DNA of 64,000 bases from Chitinophagaceae bacterium (GTDB lineage Bacteria; Bacteroidota; Bacteroidia; Chitinophagales; Chitinophagaceae). The stretch is from the NCBI GenBank assembly GCA_035318845.1, contig DATHDV010000213.1, forward strand, positions 267-64,266, written 5' to 3'. Both the position numbers and the translations under genes were made by a program. Positions within the stretch are counted from its first letter, which is position 1, and the number at the start of each line of letters is the position of its first letter. Positions 30,234-39,463 of the stretch are shown here, one piece after another. The notes below the pieces were generated by a model. That model did not search any database, had not been told where the DNA came from, and worked only from the letters and a program-made list of their open reading frames with translations.

Positions 30234-31913
30234 TTAAAATTCAACCACCGCTTCCTTGATCTCATTGCCTCTTTTAAATTTCACTTTTGTCTTCTCCCCT
30301 TTCTTGAATTTACCCAGGGCCTGCATATAATTTTCGAGCGAAGAAATATTATTGTCTCCCAACTGGATAATAATATCTCCGGTTTGCAGTCCTGCTTTCT
30401 GTGCCGGCTTTCCATCGCTTACTCCATCCGCTCTTACTCCCGTACCGGCAAATGTATAATCCGGCATAATCCCCAGTGAAACGCTGAACCTGGCAGAAGT
30501 AGTGGTTTGAGTTTCTCTTGTTTTGGTAAAAGCCAGTTTTGGTTTATCGTTCAGTGATTCTATTACAGAATAAACATGCTGAACAACAACCTGCTCCCCG
30601 GAATAATTGATCTTATCCGCATCATCGGACGGTTTATGATAATCAGTATGCAGACCGGTAAAATAAAACAGGACAGGAATATCTTTTCTGTAAAAAGAAG
30701 TATGATCGCTGGGACCGGTGCCGCTACTGTCAAATTTGATCGTTAATGATGGAGCCGTTTTCTTTGCATTGTTCGGAGGATCAAAATAATCTTTGCTGAT
30801 AACAGCTGACCATTCCGGTGAAGTGCCATAGCCACCAATGGTCAATACTTTTGTACTGTCATTCAATCTTCCCACCATATCCATATTGATCATGTAGTTT
30901 ACGGTATTCAGGTCGATCGTTGGATGCTCGGTAAAATATTTTGAACCAAACAATCCCAGTTCTTCTCCTGAAAAAGCAATGAAGAGGTAATTGTTATTAG
31001 TTGCGTTAGACGACTTTAGTTTCCTGGCCAGTTCTATCAGGGCTGCTGTTCCACTTGCATTATCGTCGGCGCCATTGTGAATGGCCGGTTCCTTACTTGT
31101 GTTTCTTGAATTTCCATCTTCTCCATAACCGAGGTGATCATAGTGTGCGCCAAGGATCACGGTTGTCTCGGCATCGTTATCGATATAGCCGATCACATTG
31201 TGACCAAGCCTGTTCTTCTCGCTGATCAATGTTCTCAGTTTAATATTCAGTGTTGCCGATTTATCAGAGAAATATTTTTTTGCAGCTTCTTTTGAAACAT
31301 AGACAGCAGGAATGGCTAATTTTTCTGATTTGTCCTTTGGATCAAATGCCAGTTTATCATCTATATCAGAAGAATTGTAAAAGATCATAGCCACAGCTCC
31401 CCTGTCATTGATCCCTTTAAAATTGTTATGGATATAATCAACAAGGTCAAAATGAGGATTGTCCTTGTTGGCCTCCAGTGTTTCTTTCAGATCAAAGAAC
31501 CAGGGCATGCCTACTTCCTGCAGGGCAACGGATGGCAAGGCTTCTATTTTCTGATCGGGACAAAAGGGAAATGGGAAATAATCTTTTTTAGTTTCAAGTT
31601 TATCTCCGTTTATTATTAATTCAGAGACATCATTTATTTGTTTGCCATCGTTTACAATAAAACTCTGCGGATAGTATTCTGTTCCTTTTGGCGTCAGCCC
31701 GATCTCTTTGAACTGGCTGATGATATATTGCATGGCCAGTTCTTCACCATGGGTTCCGGTTCGTCTTCCTTCCAGCTTATCATCAGCGAGGTATTGGATA
31801 TGAGCTTTAAGATTATTGGCCGTTTGTGTATCGGTCTTGCTGATATTCTTTGGCCCGGAACAAGCAGCCAGCAGAAATGTAATTAAAAGGAGTTTTGAAA
31901 AGGAAGGATACAT
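30234..31913 (-). CDS. M28 family metallopeptidase lipoprotein with PA and C-terminal PDZ domains
   Basis: Lipobox LLAAC; GAHYDHLG, NGADDNASG, FSGEELGLFGS, NMDMVG, SDH; PDZ LGIMPDY. Confidence 0.92.
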   Translation of the reverse strand: MYPSFSKLLLITFLLAACSGPKNISKTDTQTANNLKAHIQYLADDKLEGRRTGTHGEELAMQYIISQFKEIGLTPKGTEYYPQSFIVNDGKQINDVSELIINGDKLETKKDYFPFPFCPDQKIEALPSVALQEVGMPWFFDLKETLEANKDNPHFDLVDYIHNNFKGINDRGAVAMIFYNSSDIDDKLAFDPKDKSEKLAIPAVYVSKEAAKKYFSDKSATLNIKLRTLISEKNRLGHNVIGYIDNDAETTVILGAHYDHLGYGEDGNSRNTSKEPAIHNGADDNASGTAALIELARKLKSSNATNNNYLFIAFSGEELGLFGSKYFTEHPTIDLNTVNYMINMDMVGRLNDSTKVLTIGGYGTSPEWSAVISKDYFDPPNNAKKTAPSLTIKFDSSGTGPSDHTSFYRKDIPVLFYFTGLHTDYHKPSDDADKINYSGEQVVVQHVYSVIESLNDKPKLAFTKTRETQTTTSARFSVSLGIMPDYTFAGTGVRADGVSDGKPAQKAGLQTGDIIIQLGDNNISSLENYMQALGKFKKGEKTKVKFKRGNEIKEAVVEF

Positions 31914-31930
31914 AATTTGTTGTTGTTGGG

Positions 31931-31938
31931 CAAAGTTA
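31931..31938 (-). promoter_or_regulatory. -7 promoter element TAACTTTG for the M28 gene
   Basis: Consensus match 17 nt upstream of the ATG. Confidence 0.55.
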
Positions 31939-31985
31939 TCGGAGTGATGACAGTTGAGAAGTTATTTATTGTAAAAATTTATGCG

Positions 31986-32230
31986 GCCTCACCCCACGAT
32001 GCCTCTGATTTTTGTAAACTCCGATTCCCCTCTCCGGCCGGAGAGGGGGTGCGGAGTCTCTGCCATTAATAAATCATGTTGGGGTGAGGCGTTGATGACC
32101 AATGAACCGAACGATGAAGTGAGTGACCTTCGCTTCGCTCTGGGTAATTCCGATAACTATCGGAAGCGACACTATTGCTGAGCAATGAACAGAAAGATGA
32201 AAGGAGCGACTCTTCCACTGGAAGAGTCGA
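31986..32230. repeat. Composite nested palindromic element
   Basis: GCCTCACCCCA/TGGGGTGAGGC stem enclosing ACTCCG/CGGAGT and CCCCTCTCC/GGAGAGGGG; then TCCGATAACTATCGGA and CGACTCTTCC/GGAAGAGTCG hairpins. Confidence 0.75.
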
Positions 32231-32334
32231 AGGCAAGGGACGATGCCCAAAGAACGGGACGCTGGTTACCAAAACTTCTCCCGATACAGTTGCTTAAAAA
32301 TCGCAATTCGTAAGGAGGTTTGTCATGGCCATTT

Positions 32335-32342
32335 TACATTTG
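32335..32342 (+). promoter_or_regulatory. -7 promoter element TACATTTG for feoB
   Basis: Consensus match 16 nt upstream of GTG 32359. Confidence 0.6.
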
Positions 32343-32358
32343 CAGACTCTGGATAAAG

Positions 32359-34482
32359 GTGAAATCTGACAAGCTCCATATTGCATTGGTGGGGAATCCC
32401 AACAGCGGAAAAAGTTCTCTTTTTAACTGCCTGACCGGGCTGAATCAAAAAGTGGGTAATTTTCCCGGAGTTACTGTTGATAAAAAAACCGGAACCACAT
32501 TTTTGTCCGGGAAGATCGCTTCTGAAGTGATCGACCTTCCCGGCACTTACAGTCTTTATCCCCGCAGGCAGGATGAATGGGTGAGTTATAAAGTGCTGTT
32601 GAAACAGGATGCTTCTTTAAGTGCCGATGTGGTGGTGGCCGTTGCTGACGCCAGCAGTCTGAAACGCAATCTTCTTTTCTGCACCCAGATCATTGATCTG
32701 AAAGTGCCGGTGGTAGTTGCACTTACCATGATGGACCTGGCGAGGAAAAAAGGGATAAAGATCGATATCGCAGCATTGGAAAGAGAATTGGGTGTTCCTG
32801 TCGTTGCTGTTAATCCAAGAAAAAACAAAGGTATTGCTGAATTAAAAAAAGCAATTTCATTAACTGCCCAGCAATCTTACAAGATCCCGGTCAGGGATTT
32901 TATTGATAATAAAGCGCTGGCCGAATCTTCGGTTAACGATGTTAAACAACAGTTTCCTGAATTAAGCGATTACACGGCTATTCATTATCTCATCAACCAT
33001 GAATCATTTGACCTGGATGAGACCATGCAGCAAACTATTGAAAGCATAGAACAAAAAAATAATTTCAATCCAACCAAAACACAGGCAGAAGAAATTCTGC
33101 AGCGATATGGCCGCATCAGGCATATCATGCAGCAATCGGTATCAGAGCCCGACCCTTTGCAGAAATCTTTATTTACGGAAAAGTTGGATAATGTTTTGTT
33201 GCACCGGCGCTGGGGTTATTTAATTCTGTTAGCGGTATTATTCCTTTTGTTTCAAAGTGTATTCTGGATGGCGCAGTACCCGATGGACTGGATCGAATTA
33301 GGTTTTGCCAAACTAAGTCAATTCCTTTCTGTTTCATTGCCCGATAACCGGTGGACCGATCTGTTAATAAATGGTTTGTTGGCGGGGTTAAGCGGTATCC
33401 TGATGTTTGTGCCTCAGATCATGATCTTATTCGGATTGATCACATTGCTGGAAGATTCGGGTTATATGGCCCGTATCAGTTTTTTATCCGACCGGCTGAT
33501 GAGAAGTGTTGGCCTTAACGGTAAAAGTGTGATGCCGATGATCAGCGGGTTTGCCTGTGCGGTGCCCGCTATCATGAGTGCAAGAAATATTGAGAACCGG
33601 AAAGAGAGGTTGCTGACGATCCTTATCACCCCGCTGATGAGTTGCTCGGCAAGACTGCCCGTATATACTATTTTAATTAGTCTTGTTATACCGAAAACAT
33701 TTTTGCTGGGGTTTCTTGGTGTGCAGGGCCTGGTGATGATGGGCTTGTATTTATTGGGATTAATAATGGCATTGATCGTTTCATATGTGGCCAAATGGTT
33801 TATTAAGATAAACGAAAAAAGTTTTTTTATTCTTGAATTACCGACTTACCGTTCACCCAGGTGGGGCAATGTGTTGCCGGCGATGATCAGTAAGGCAAGA
33901 ATTTTTGTTTTTGATGCCGGTAAAGTAATTATGATCATTAGTCTTGTGCTATGGGCTCTTTGTTCGTTTGGACCCGGGAATAGAATGCAGCAGATCTCTC
34001 AACGATATGAACAACAAAAATCTCAACCCGGCGCCAATGTGGTGCAATTAGGTCAAGAATATCAAACTGCGAAGCTGGAAAATTCTTACGCCGGTATTTT
34101 GGGAAAATCAATTGAACCTGCCATTACTCCTCTCGGCTATGATTGGAAAATCGGTATCGCCCTTATTACATCTTTTGCAGCAAGAGAAGTATTTGTTGGC
34201 ACCATGGCTACTCTATACAGTGTTGGTGATGATGATAAGAGAGGAAGTTTGCTACTAAAAGAAAAGATGAAAGCGGCTGTGCGACCCGATGGTAAACCGG
34301 TCTTTAATTTAGCTTCAGGTTTATCGTTGATGATATTCTATGTATTTGCTATGCAATGTATGAGTACACTGGCAGTGGTAAAAAGAGAAACAAGGGGGTG
34401 GAAATGGCCGATCATCCAGTTGATCTATATGACCGGGCTGGCTTATTTAATGAGTTTGCTGGTGTACCAACTTTTTAAATGA
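32359..34482 (+). CDS. feoB: Ferrous iron transport protein B
   Basis: IALVGNPNSGKS, VGNFPGVTV, DLPGTYSL, GFACAVPAIM, CSARLPVY, FAAREVFV. Confidence 0.97.
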   Translation: MKSDKLHIALVGNPNSGKSSLFNCLTGLNQKVGNFPGVTVDKKTGTTFLSGKIASEVIDLPGTYSLYPRRQDEWVSYKVLLKQDASLSADVVVAVADASSLKRNLLFCTQIIDLKVPVVVALTMMDLARKKGIKIDIAALERELGVPVVAVNPRKNKGIAELKKAISLTAQQSYKIPVRDFIDNKALAESSVNDVKQQFPELSDYTAIHYLINHESFDLDETMQQTIESIEQKNNFNPTKTQAEEILQRYGRIRHIMQQSVSEPDPLQKSLFTEKLDNVLLHRRWGYLILLAVLFLLFQSVFWMAQYPMDWIELGFAKLSQFLSVSLPDNRWTDLLINGLLAGLSGILMFVPQIMILFGLITLLEDSGYMARISFLSDRLMRSVGLNGKSVMPMISGFACAVPAIMSARNIENRKERLLTILITPLMSCSARLPVYTILISLVIPKTFLLGFLGVQGLVMMGLYLLGLIMALIVSYVAKWFIKINEKSFFILELPTYRSPRWGNVLPAMISKARIFVFDAGKVIMIISLVLWALCSFGPGNRMQQISQRYEQQKSQPGANVVQLGQEYQTAKLENSYAGILGKSIEPAITPLGYDWKIGIALITSFAAREVFVGTMATLYSVGDDDKRGSLLLKEKMKAAVRPDGKPVFNLASGLSLMIFYVFAMQCMSTLAVVKRETRGWKWPIIQLIYMTGLAYLMSLLVYQLFK

Positions 34483-34484
34483 CC

Positions 34485-35390
34485 CTACTTCTTTGTGGGT
34501 TCCCAATTACTTTTGGGTTCAAAATAATTCCAGAGCAATAAAGAAATCCTTCTTGCCATTGTCCATGCTTCGTTTTCATGTATCCATCGCTGGTCTTTAT
34601 TATTTTTTGTAAAAATGCAAAATACATAAGGATTATTAGGGCCGTTCACCAGCAGCACTTCGCTTCTTGATGCATTTACACATCCGTTCTTGCTGAAAAC
34701 TTCAATGGTCGGGGGTATTTGTGAAATGGCTTCGTTCTCATCCCAATAGTTCCGGCCAAGGCAACGCATCATTCTTTCACATTCCGCAGGGGAAAAAATT
34801 TCATTCCTGTATATTTTTTCAAAGATGGTCCCCATTTCTTTGGGTGTTGTTTGACCCCAGCCATATTGTGTCCGGTTACTTTCTCTTCCGGGAGTCCTGG
34901 AATTAACTCTTGTATTTATTAAACCAAGGCTATCCAATATTTCATTGATCCTTGTTCCTTTCCCCGCAAGACTTTGAAGCCAGAGGCTGGCCGTATTATC
35001 GCTGGTGGTCAGCATGAGCATGATCAATTTTTTCAAGGCTATTTTTTCCCCGCTTTTAAATGAGCCAAGAATATCAGATCCTTCATATAGTAATGAATCT
35101 TTGTAAACCATTGAAGAATCATAATTCAACTCGCCTGTTCTTATTTTATCCATAATACCCAGCAGGATCGACACTTTTACAATACTGGCTGTGGGGAAAA
35201 TCGTGTCTGCATTAATGGAAACTGTTTTGCCGGTCCTTAAATTCTTTACATAAACGCCTATGTCACCATTAAAACCAATGATGGACTCCTGCAACTTTGC
35301 CTGAAGCCTTTTATCTGTTTTTTGTGCTGCTGCAGCAATGATAATAAGAGACAAAAGAAATATAAGAGAGATCTTTTTCATGCAGATCAT
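34485..35390 (-). CDS. Class A beta-lactamase-related serine hydrolase
   Basis: Signal peptide; FPTASIVK (SxxK); SDN; KNG in place of KTG. ATGA overlap with the upstream gene. Confidence 0.85.
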   Translation of the reverse strand: MICMKKISLIFLLSLIIIAAAAQKTDKRLQAKLQESIIGFNGDIGVYVKNLRTGKTVSINADTIFPTASIVKVSILLGIMDKIRTGELNYDSSMVYKDSLLYEGSDILGSFKSGEKIALKKLIMLMLTTSDNTASLWLQSLAGKGTRINEILDSLGLINTRVNSRTPGRESNRTQYGWGQTTPKEMGTIFEKIYRNEIFSPAECERMMRCLGRNYWDENEAISQIPPTIEVFSKNGCVNASRSEVLLVNGPNNPYVFCIFTKNNKDQRWIHENEAWTMARRISLLLWNYFEPKSNWEPTKK

Positions 35391-36688
35391 TTCATATTCA
35401 TGTAATCAAACACCAGGTCACAAAAGGCTTTGATCCCCGTTTTCATTCCGCTTTCATCAATAAAAAAGTCGGCCGTGTGATGCGGTGGCGCTTTTTTCGG
35501 ATCGTTTCCTTTTGGCATTCCTCCGAGGTAAAAAAAGAATGCGGGGGCTTTGGTACCATAATAAGAAAAATCTTCGGCGCCCGTTTTCCATTCGGTTTCT
35601 TCTACATGATTCGCTCCTGCTGCTGATTCCAGCGACGGGATCATTTTTTTTACAAGCTCCGGCGTATTATAAGTGACCAATGTTTTTGTATCAATAGTAA
35701 CATCGGCCGTGGCGCCAGATGCTTCTGCGATTTTTTTAACCGTTAGTTTTATTCTTTCGTGTACTTCTTTCTGCATGTCTTTATCAAGTGTTCGAATGGT
35801 TCCATCCATCACACATTCCTCGGGGATGATATTGCTTCTGACCCCGCCATTGATTTTACCAACGGTTATTACTACCGGCGCTTTCGTTAATTCCATTTGC
35901 CGGCTTACAATAGTTTGCAGCCCCTCAATGATCTGTGCTGAGATTTGTATGGGATCAATTCCTCTCCAGGGTTGTGAGCCATGGCTGCCTTTCCCTTTCA
36001 CAACGATATGAAACCAGTCAGACGAAGCCATAAAGGCTCCTGGTTTATATTGTATTGTTCCAACTTCCACATCCGATTCAATGTGCAAACCAAATATCAC
36101 ATCCACTTTTGGATTCTCCATCACTCCTTCTTTTACCATTAGGTCCGCTCCGCCGGCTTCGCCTTCCGGGGGACCTTCTTCTGCCGGTTGAAAAATAAAT
36201 TTTATGGTTCCTTTAATTTCATTTTTCATTCCGGAAAGAATTTCTGCCACACTCATCAGCATCGCCACATGGGCATCGTGTCCGCATGCATGCATTACTC
36301 CCACCTCCTGTCCGTTATAAGTTGCTTTTTGCCTGGAAGCAAAGGGAAGTTTGACTCTTTCTATTATTGGTAAAGCATCTATATCCGACCGCAGCGCTAT
36401 ACAGGGTCCTGGTTGGGTTCCTTTTAAAATTCCTACCACCCCGGTTTTCGCAACTCCTTCTTTTACTTCCAGCCCAAGTTTTCTCAAATGATCAGCAATA
36501 ATTTTTGCCGTCCGGGTTTCCCGGTTACCTAATTCAGGGTGTTCATGAATATCTCTTCGCCATGCAATACATTTTGCTTCTATTTTGTCTGCCTCAACTG
36601 ATGCTTTTTCTTTCAGCTTTGCGATATCTTTTTGAGCAAAGACCTGTATGGACAGCATAACTAAGCCGGATAACAAAAGATTTTTCAT
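35387..36688 (-). CDS. M20D amidohydrolase (exported)
   Basis: RRDIHEHPELG, ALRSDIDALP, MHACGHDAH, FQPAEEG, AEDFS, HHTADF. Start moved to ATG 36688. Confidence 0.93.
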   Translation of the reverse strand: MKNLLLSGLVMLSIQVFAQKDIAKLKEKASVEADKIEAKCIAWRRDIHEHPELGNRETRTAKIIADHLRKLGLEVKEGVAKTGVVGILKGTQPGPCIALRSDIDALPIIERVKLPFASRQKATYNGQEVGVMHACGHDAHVAMLMSVAEILSGMKNEIKGTIKFIFQPAEEGPPEGEAGGADLMVKEGVMENPKVDVIFGLHIESDVEVGTIQYKPGAFMASSDWFHIVVKGKGSHGSQPWRGIDPIQISAQIIEGLQTIVSRQMELTKAPVVITVGKINGGVRSNIIPEECVMDGTIRTLDKDMQKEVHERIKLTVKKIAEASGATADVTIDTKTLVTYNTPELVKKMIPSLESAAGANHVEETEWKTGAEDFSYYGTKAPAFFFYLGGMPKGNDPKKAPPHHTADFFIDESGMKTGIKAFCDLVFDYMNMK

Positions 36689-36775
36689 CGTACTTATTTT
36701 AGTTGAATTTACAGTAAATGCTGATTGGGCCGCAATCATTCTCCCCTTTCTTTATTTTATTTATATTTAACCTCC

Positions 36776-38041
36776 ATGTTGCTTCGTCATATTCCTTTTC
36801 TCAGGGCTGTGTTCCTGCACAGTATTACCGCTTTTGGCGGACCGCAGGCTCATTTTGCCATGATGCTAAAAACATTTGTCCGGCAACGACCCTATGTTAC
36901 AGAGCAGGAGTTGATGGAATACAACGCTTTTTGTCAATTACTTCCCGGGGCTTCTTCGACACAAACGCTTACACTGATTGGCTATAAAAGAGGCGGGGTT
37001 ATTTTAGCTGTGCTAACATTGATAATCTGGATACTGCCTGCTTCTATTATGATGGGTGCTTTGTCTTTTTTACTGGGATACATTGATCAGCGGCAATTGG
37101 GTACTGACATTTTCAAATTCATTCCGCCGATGGCTGTGGGGTTCCTGGCATATGCCGCGTTCACAGCTTTTCCTCTTGCTATAAAAAATACCATTACCTG
37201 GATAATTATGCTCATAGGTGCCATCGCAACATATTTTCTATTCGGACAACCATGGGTTATCCCCACGCTGATCGTCTCTGCCGGTATTGCCACCAACTTT
37301 AGCCGGAAACGTATTCCGCAAACCGAACAAAAACCGCGAAAAATAAAATGGTGGAATTTCTGGCTTTTTGGTATAATATTCATTGCTGCAGCTATTTTAA
37401 GTGAAATGGCCAGACAAGATGACTGGCCGAACAGGAAACCTATCAACCTTTTTGAAAATACATACAGGATGGGCAGTCTTGTATTTGGCGGTGGACAAGT
37501 ACTGATTCCTATGATGTATGAGCAATGGAGTGTGCGGCCGGAAGAAGAAAAAATAAAAGTAAGAAATCCTAATGCTATTCAGATTGATGAAAATGATATG
37601 TATACGGGGATGGGTATTGTCCGGGCAATGCCCGGTCCTGTTTTCTCCATTGCCTCATTTACGGGCGGACTTGCATTAAGAGATATGGGGAGCTCTCAGC
37701 AGGAAAAAAATATGATGCAGCTATTGGGTTGTTTTATTGGTGTGATTGCTATTTTTCTCCCCAGTGCATTATTAGTATTATTCTTTTTTCCTATTTGGAA
37801 CAACATGAAAAAATATGCTGCCGTTTACCGCTCACTGGAAGGAATTAATGCCGTTGTTGTAGGAATAATGATTGCCTCAACATTTTATATGATGAAAGAT
37901 ATTTCATTTTCAGATGTAAAACCGTTCAGCAGCTTGATAAGCGTCCTTGCTATCCTGGGAACCTTTCTGCTGCTAAACTTCACCCGGATCGCAGCTCCTT
38001 TTATTGTTATTGCATGCTTGTTACTGGGCTATTTTTTCTGA
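36776..38041 (+). CDS. chrA: Chromate efflux transporter (CHR family)
   Basis: [32 protein letters not shown]. Confidence 0.9.
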   Translation: MLLRHIPFLRAVFLHSITAFGGPQAHFAMMLKTFVRQRPYVTEQELMEYNAFCQLLPGASSTQTLTLIGYKRGGVILAVLTLIIWILPASIMMGALSFLLGYIDQRQLGTDIFKFIPPMAVGFLAYAAFTAFPLAIKNTITWIIMLIGAIATYFLFGQPWVIPTLIVSAGIATNFSRKRIPQTEQKPRKIKWWNFWLFGIIFIAAAILSEMARQDDWPNRKPINLFENTYRMGSLVFGGGQVLIPMMYEQWSVRPEEEKIKVRNPNAIQIDENDMYTGMGIVRAMPGPVFSIASFTGGLALRDMGSSQQEKNMMQLLGCFIGVIAIFLPSALLVLFFFPIWNNMKKYAAVYRSLEGINAVVVGIMIASTFYMMKDISFSDVKPFSSLISVLAILGTFLLLNFTRIAAPFIVIACLLLGYFF

Positions 38042-38042
38042 G

Positions 38043-38615
38043 TTATTTTTTATAGTATCCTCCCTTTTCGATCTCTTCAAGAACCTTATCAGGAATCATA
38101 TACCGAACAGATTTTCCTTTTTTAATATACTCACGTAGTTGTGTAGACGATAATTGAAGCAGCGGCGCATCAACAACATGCAGATCAGCCCCTATGTTAT
38201 TTTTTGTTTCGAATCCCGGTCTTATGTAAACACAGATGGGATAGTTTTTTACAATCACTTCATAGTTTTTCCATTTATACAGATTTTGAAAACTGTCGCT
38301 TCCCATAATAATACAAAAATCGTGTTCGGGGTATTTATCTGCCAGGTATGCTAATGTAGCTGTCGTGTAAGATGGCTTTGGCAAAGCGAATTCAATGTCG
38401 GAAGCTTTTATCCGCGGATCGTCTTCGGTGGCAATACGCACCAAATGCAACCGATGATACTCATTCAATAAATTGGATTCTTCTTTAAAGGGGTTTTGAG
38501 GAGAAACTACAAACCAAATTTTTTCAATATCAGTTTCGTTCAAAACGTGATTTGCAATGATCAGATGAGCTATATGAACTGGATTGAAAGAGCCAAAATA
38601 TAAACCTACTTTCAT
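38043..38615 (-). CDS. nadD: Nicotinate-nucleotide adenylyltransferase
   Basis: GLYFGSFNPVHIAH, SPQNPFK, PSYT, IMGSD, SST. Confidence 0.96.
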   Translation of the reverse strand: MKVGLYFGSFNPVHIAHLIIANHVLNETDIEKIWFVVSPQNPFKEESNLLNEYHRLHLVRIATEDDPRIKASDIEFALPKPSYTTATLAYLADKYPEHDFCIIMGSDSFQNLYKWKNYEVIVKNYPICVYIRPGFETKNNIGADLHVVDAPLLQLSSTQLREYIKKGKSVRYMIPDKVLEEIEKGGYYKK

Positions 38616-38630
38616 TTAATTTGTTTATAA

Positions 38631-38861
38631 TCAATCGATTATGTCAACAAAAATATGCTCTGCCTCATTAAGGCGAAGGCTGAGATGGTAGCCTGCTACA
38701 TTTACCGATATTGGATCTCCCAGCGGGGCAATTTGTTCCAACAGTATTTTTTCTCCAGGCACACATCCCATTTCCATTAATTTCAGAAAAAGCTCATTGC
38801 TTTTAAATTCTTTTATTATGCCTTCCTGCCCTGGTTTCAATTCAGACAATTTAATTATCAT
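38631..38861 (-). CDS. feoA: Ferrous iron transport protein A
   Basis: KLMEMGCVPG, APLGDPI, LSLRLNEA. Confidence 0.93.
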   Translation of the reverse strand: MIIKLSELKPGQEGIIKEFKSNELFLKLMEMGCVPGEKILLEQIAPLGDPISVNVAGYHLSLRLNEAEHIFVDIID

Positions 38862-38923
38862 CTACATTTTATTAGTGCAAAATTACTCTTGCAAGTTTGT
38901 TTTTCTTTACGAATTTTGAAATT

Positions 38924-39364
38924 ATGCCTCCAAAATCAAAAGTTTGCTTCTTTTTTCAGGAAGTAAAGGCCAACTTGACCAATCGTAGCATTTTAAAAAA
39001 ATACATTGAGTCTATTTTTAGAAAAGAAGGTCAAAAATTAGACTCTGTCAACTTCATCTTCTGCTCTGATAAAGCCTTGTTGAAAATCAATCAAACGTAT
39101 CTGAAACACGATTTCTACACCGACATTATTACTTTCAATCTTTCAGATAACGAATCAATTCGAGCCGAAATCTATATCAGCATCGATCGGGTCAGAGAAA
39201 ACTCCTTTGCATTAGGAGTTCCATATAAAGCCGAGCTTCTCCGGGTCATTTTTCATGGCGTTCTGCACTTGTGCGGTTATAATGACAAAACCAAAACGGA
39301 AAAAAAGAAAATTCGGAAAAGGGAAGACCTCTTTATCAATAAATATCAATCAAGGTCATTATAG
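38924..39364 (+). CDS. ybeY: rRNA maturation RNase YbeY
   Basis: HDFYTDIITF; RVIFHGVLHLCGYND (H3xH5xH). Confidence 0.95.
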   Translation: MPPKSKVCFFFQEVKANLTNRSILKKYIESIFRKEGQKLDSVNFIFCSDKALLKINQTYLKHDFYTDIITFNLSDNESIRAEIYISIDRVRENSFALGVPYKAELLRVIFHGVLHLCGYNDKTKTEKKKIRKREDLFINKYQSRSL

Positions 39365-39446
39365 GTATATTCTTTCACGTGGAACAGTTTTCATGCAATC
39401 CGTTTCATGTGAAAATAGGGTACGGGGAATTTTCCTTTTCCATGTG

Positions 39447-39454
39447 TACCTTTG
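39447..39454 (+). promoter_or_regulatory. -7 promoter element TACCTTTG for mnmG
   Basis: Consensus match 9 nt upstream of ATG 39464. Confidence 0.6.
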
Positions 39455-39463
39455 CCGGTCCAA

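Noticed and set aside
31981-32272. ORFs 31981-32181 and 32066-32272
   Set aside because: Lie wholly within the composite repeat element; most likely spurious
31940-32300. Possible RNase P RNA, tmRNA, 6S RNA or tRNA
   Set aside because: Lacks GAGGAAAGUCC, tRNA-like ends and a cloverleaf; better explained by nested repeats
32359-38861. feoA and feoB separated and on opposite strands as a sign of rearrangement
   Set aside because: No breakpoints or mobile-element traces visible, and a split arrangement alone is weak evidence
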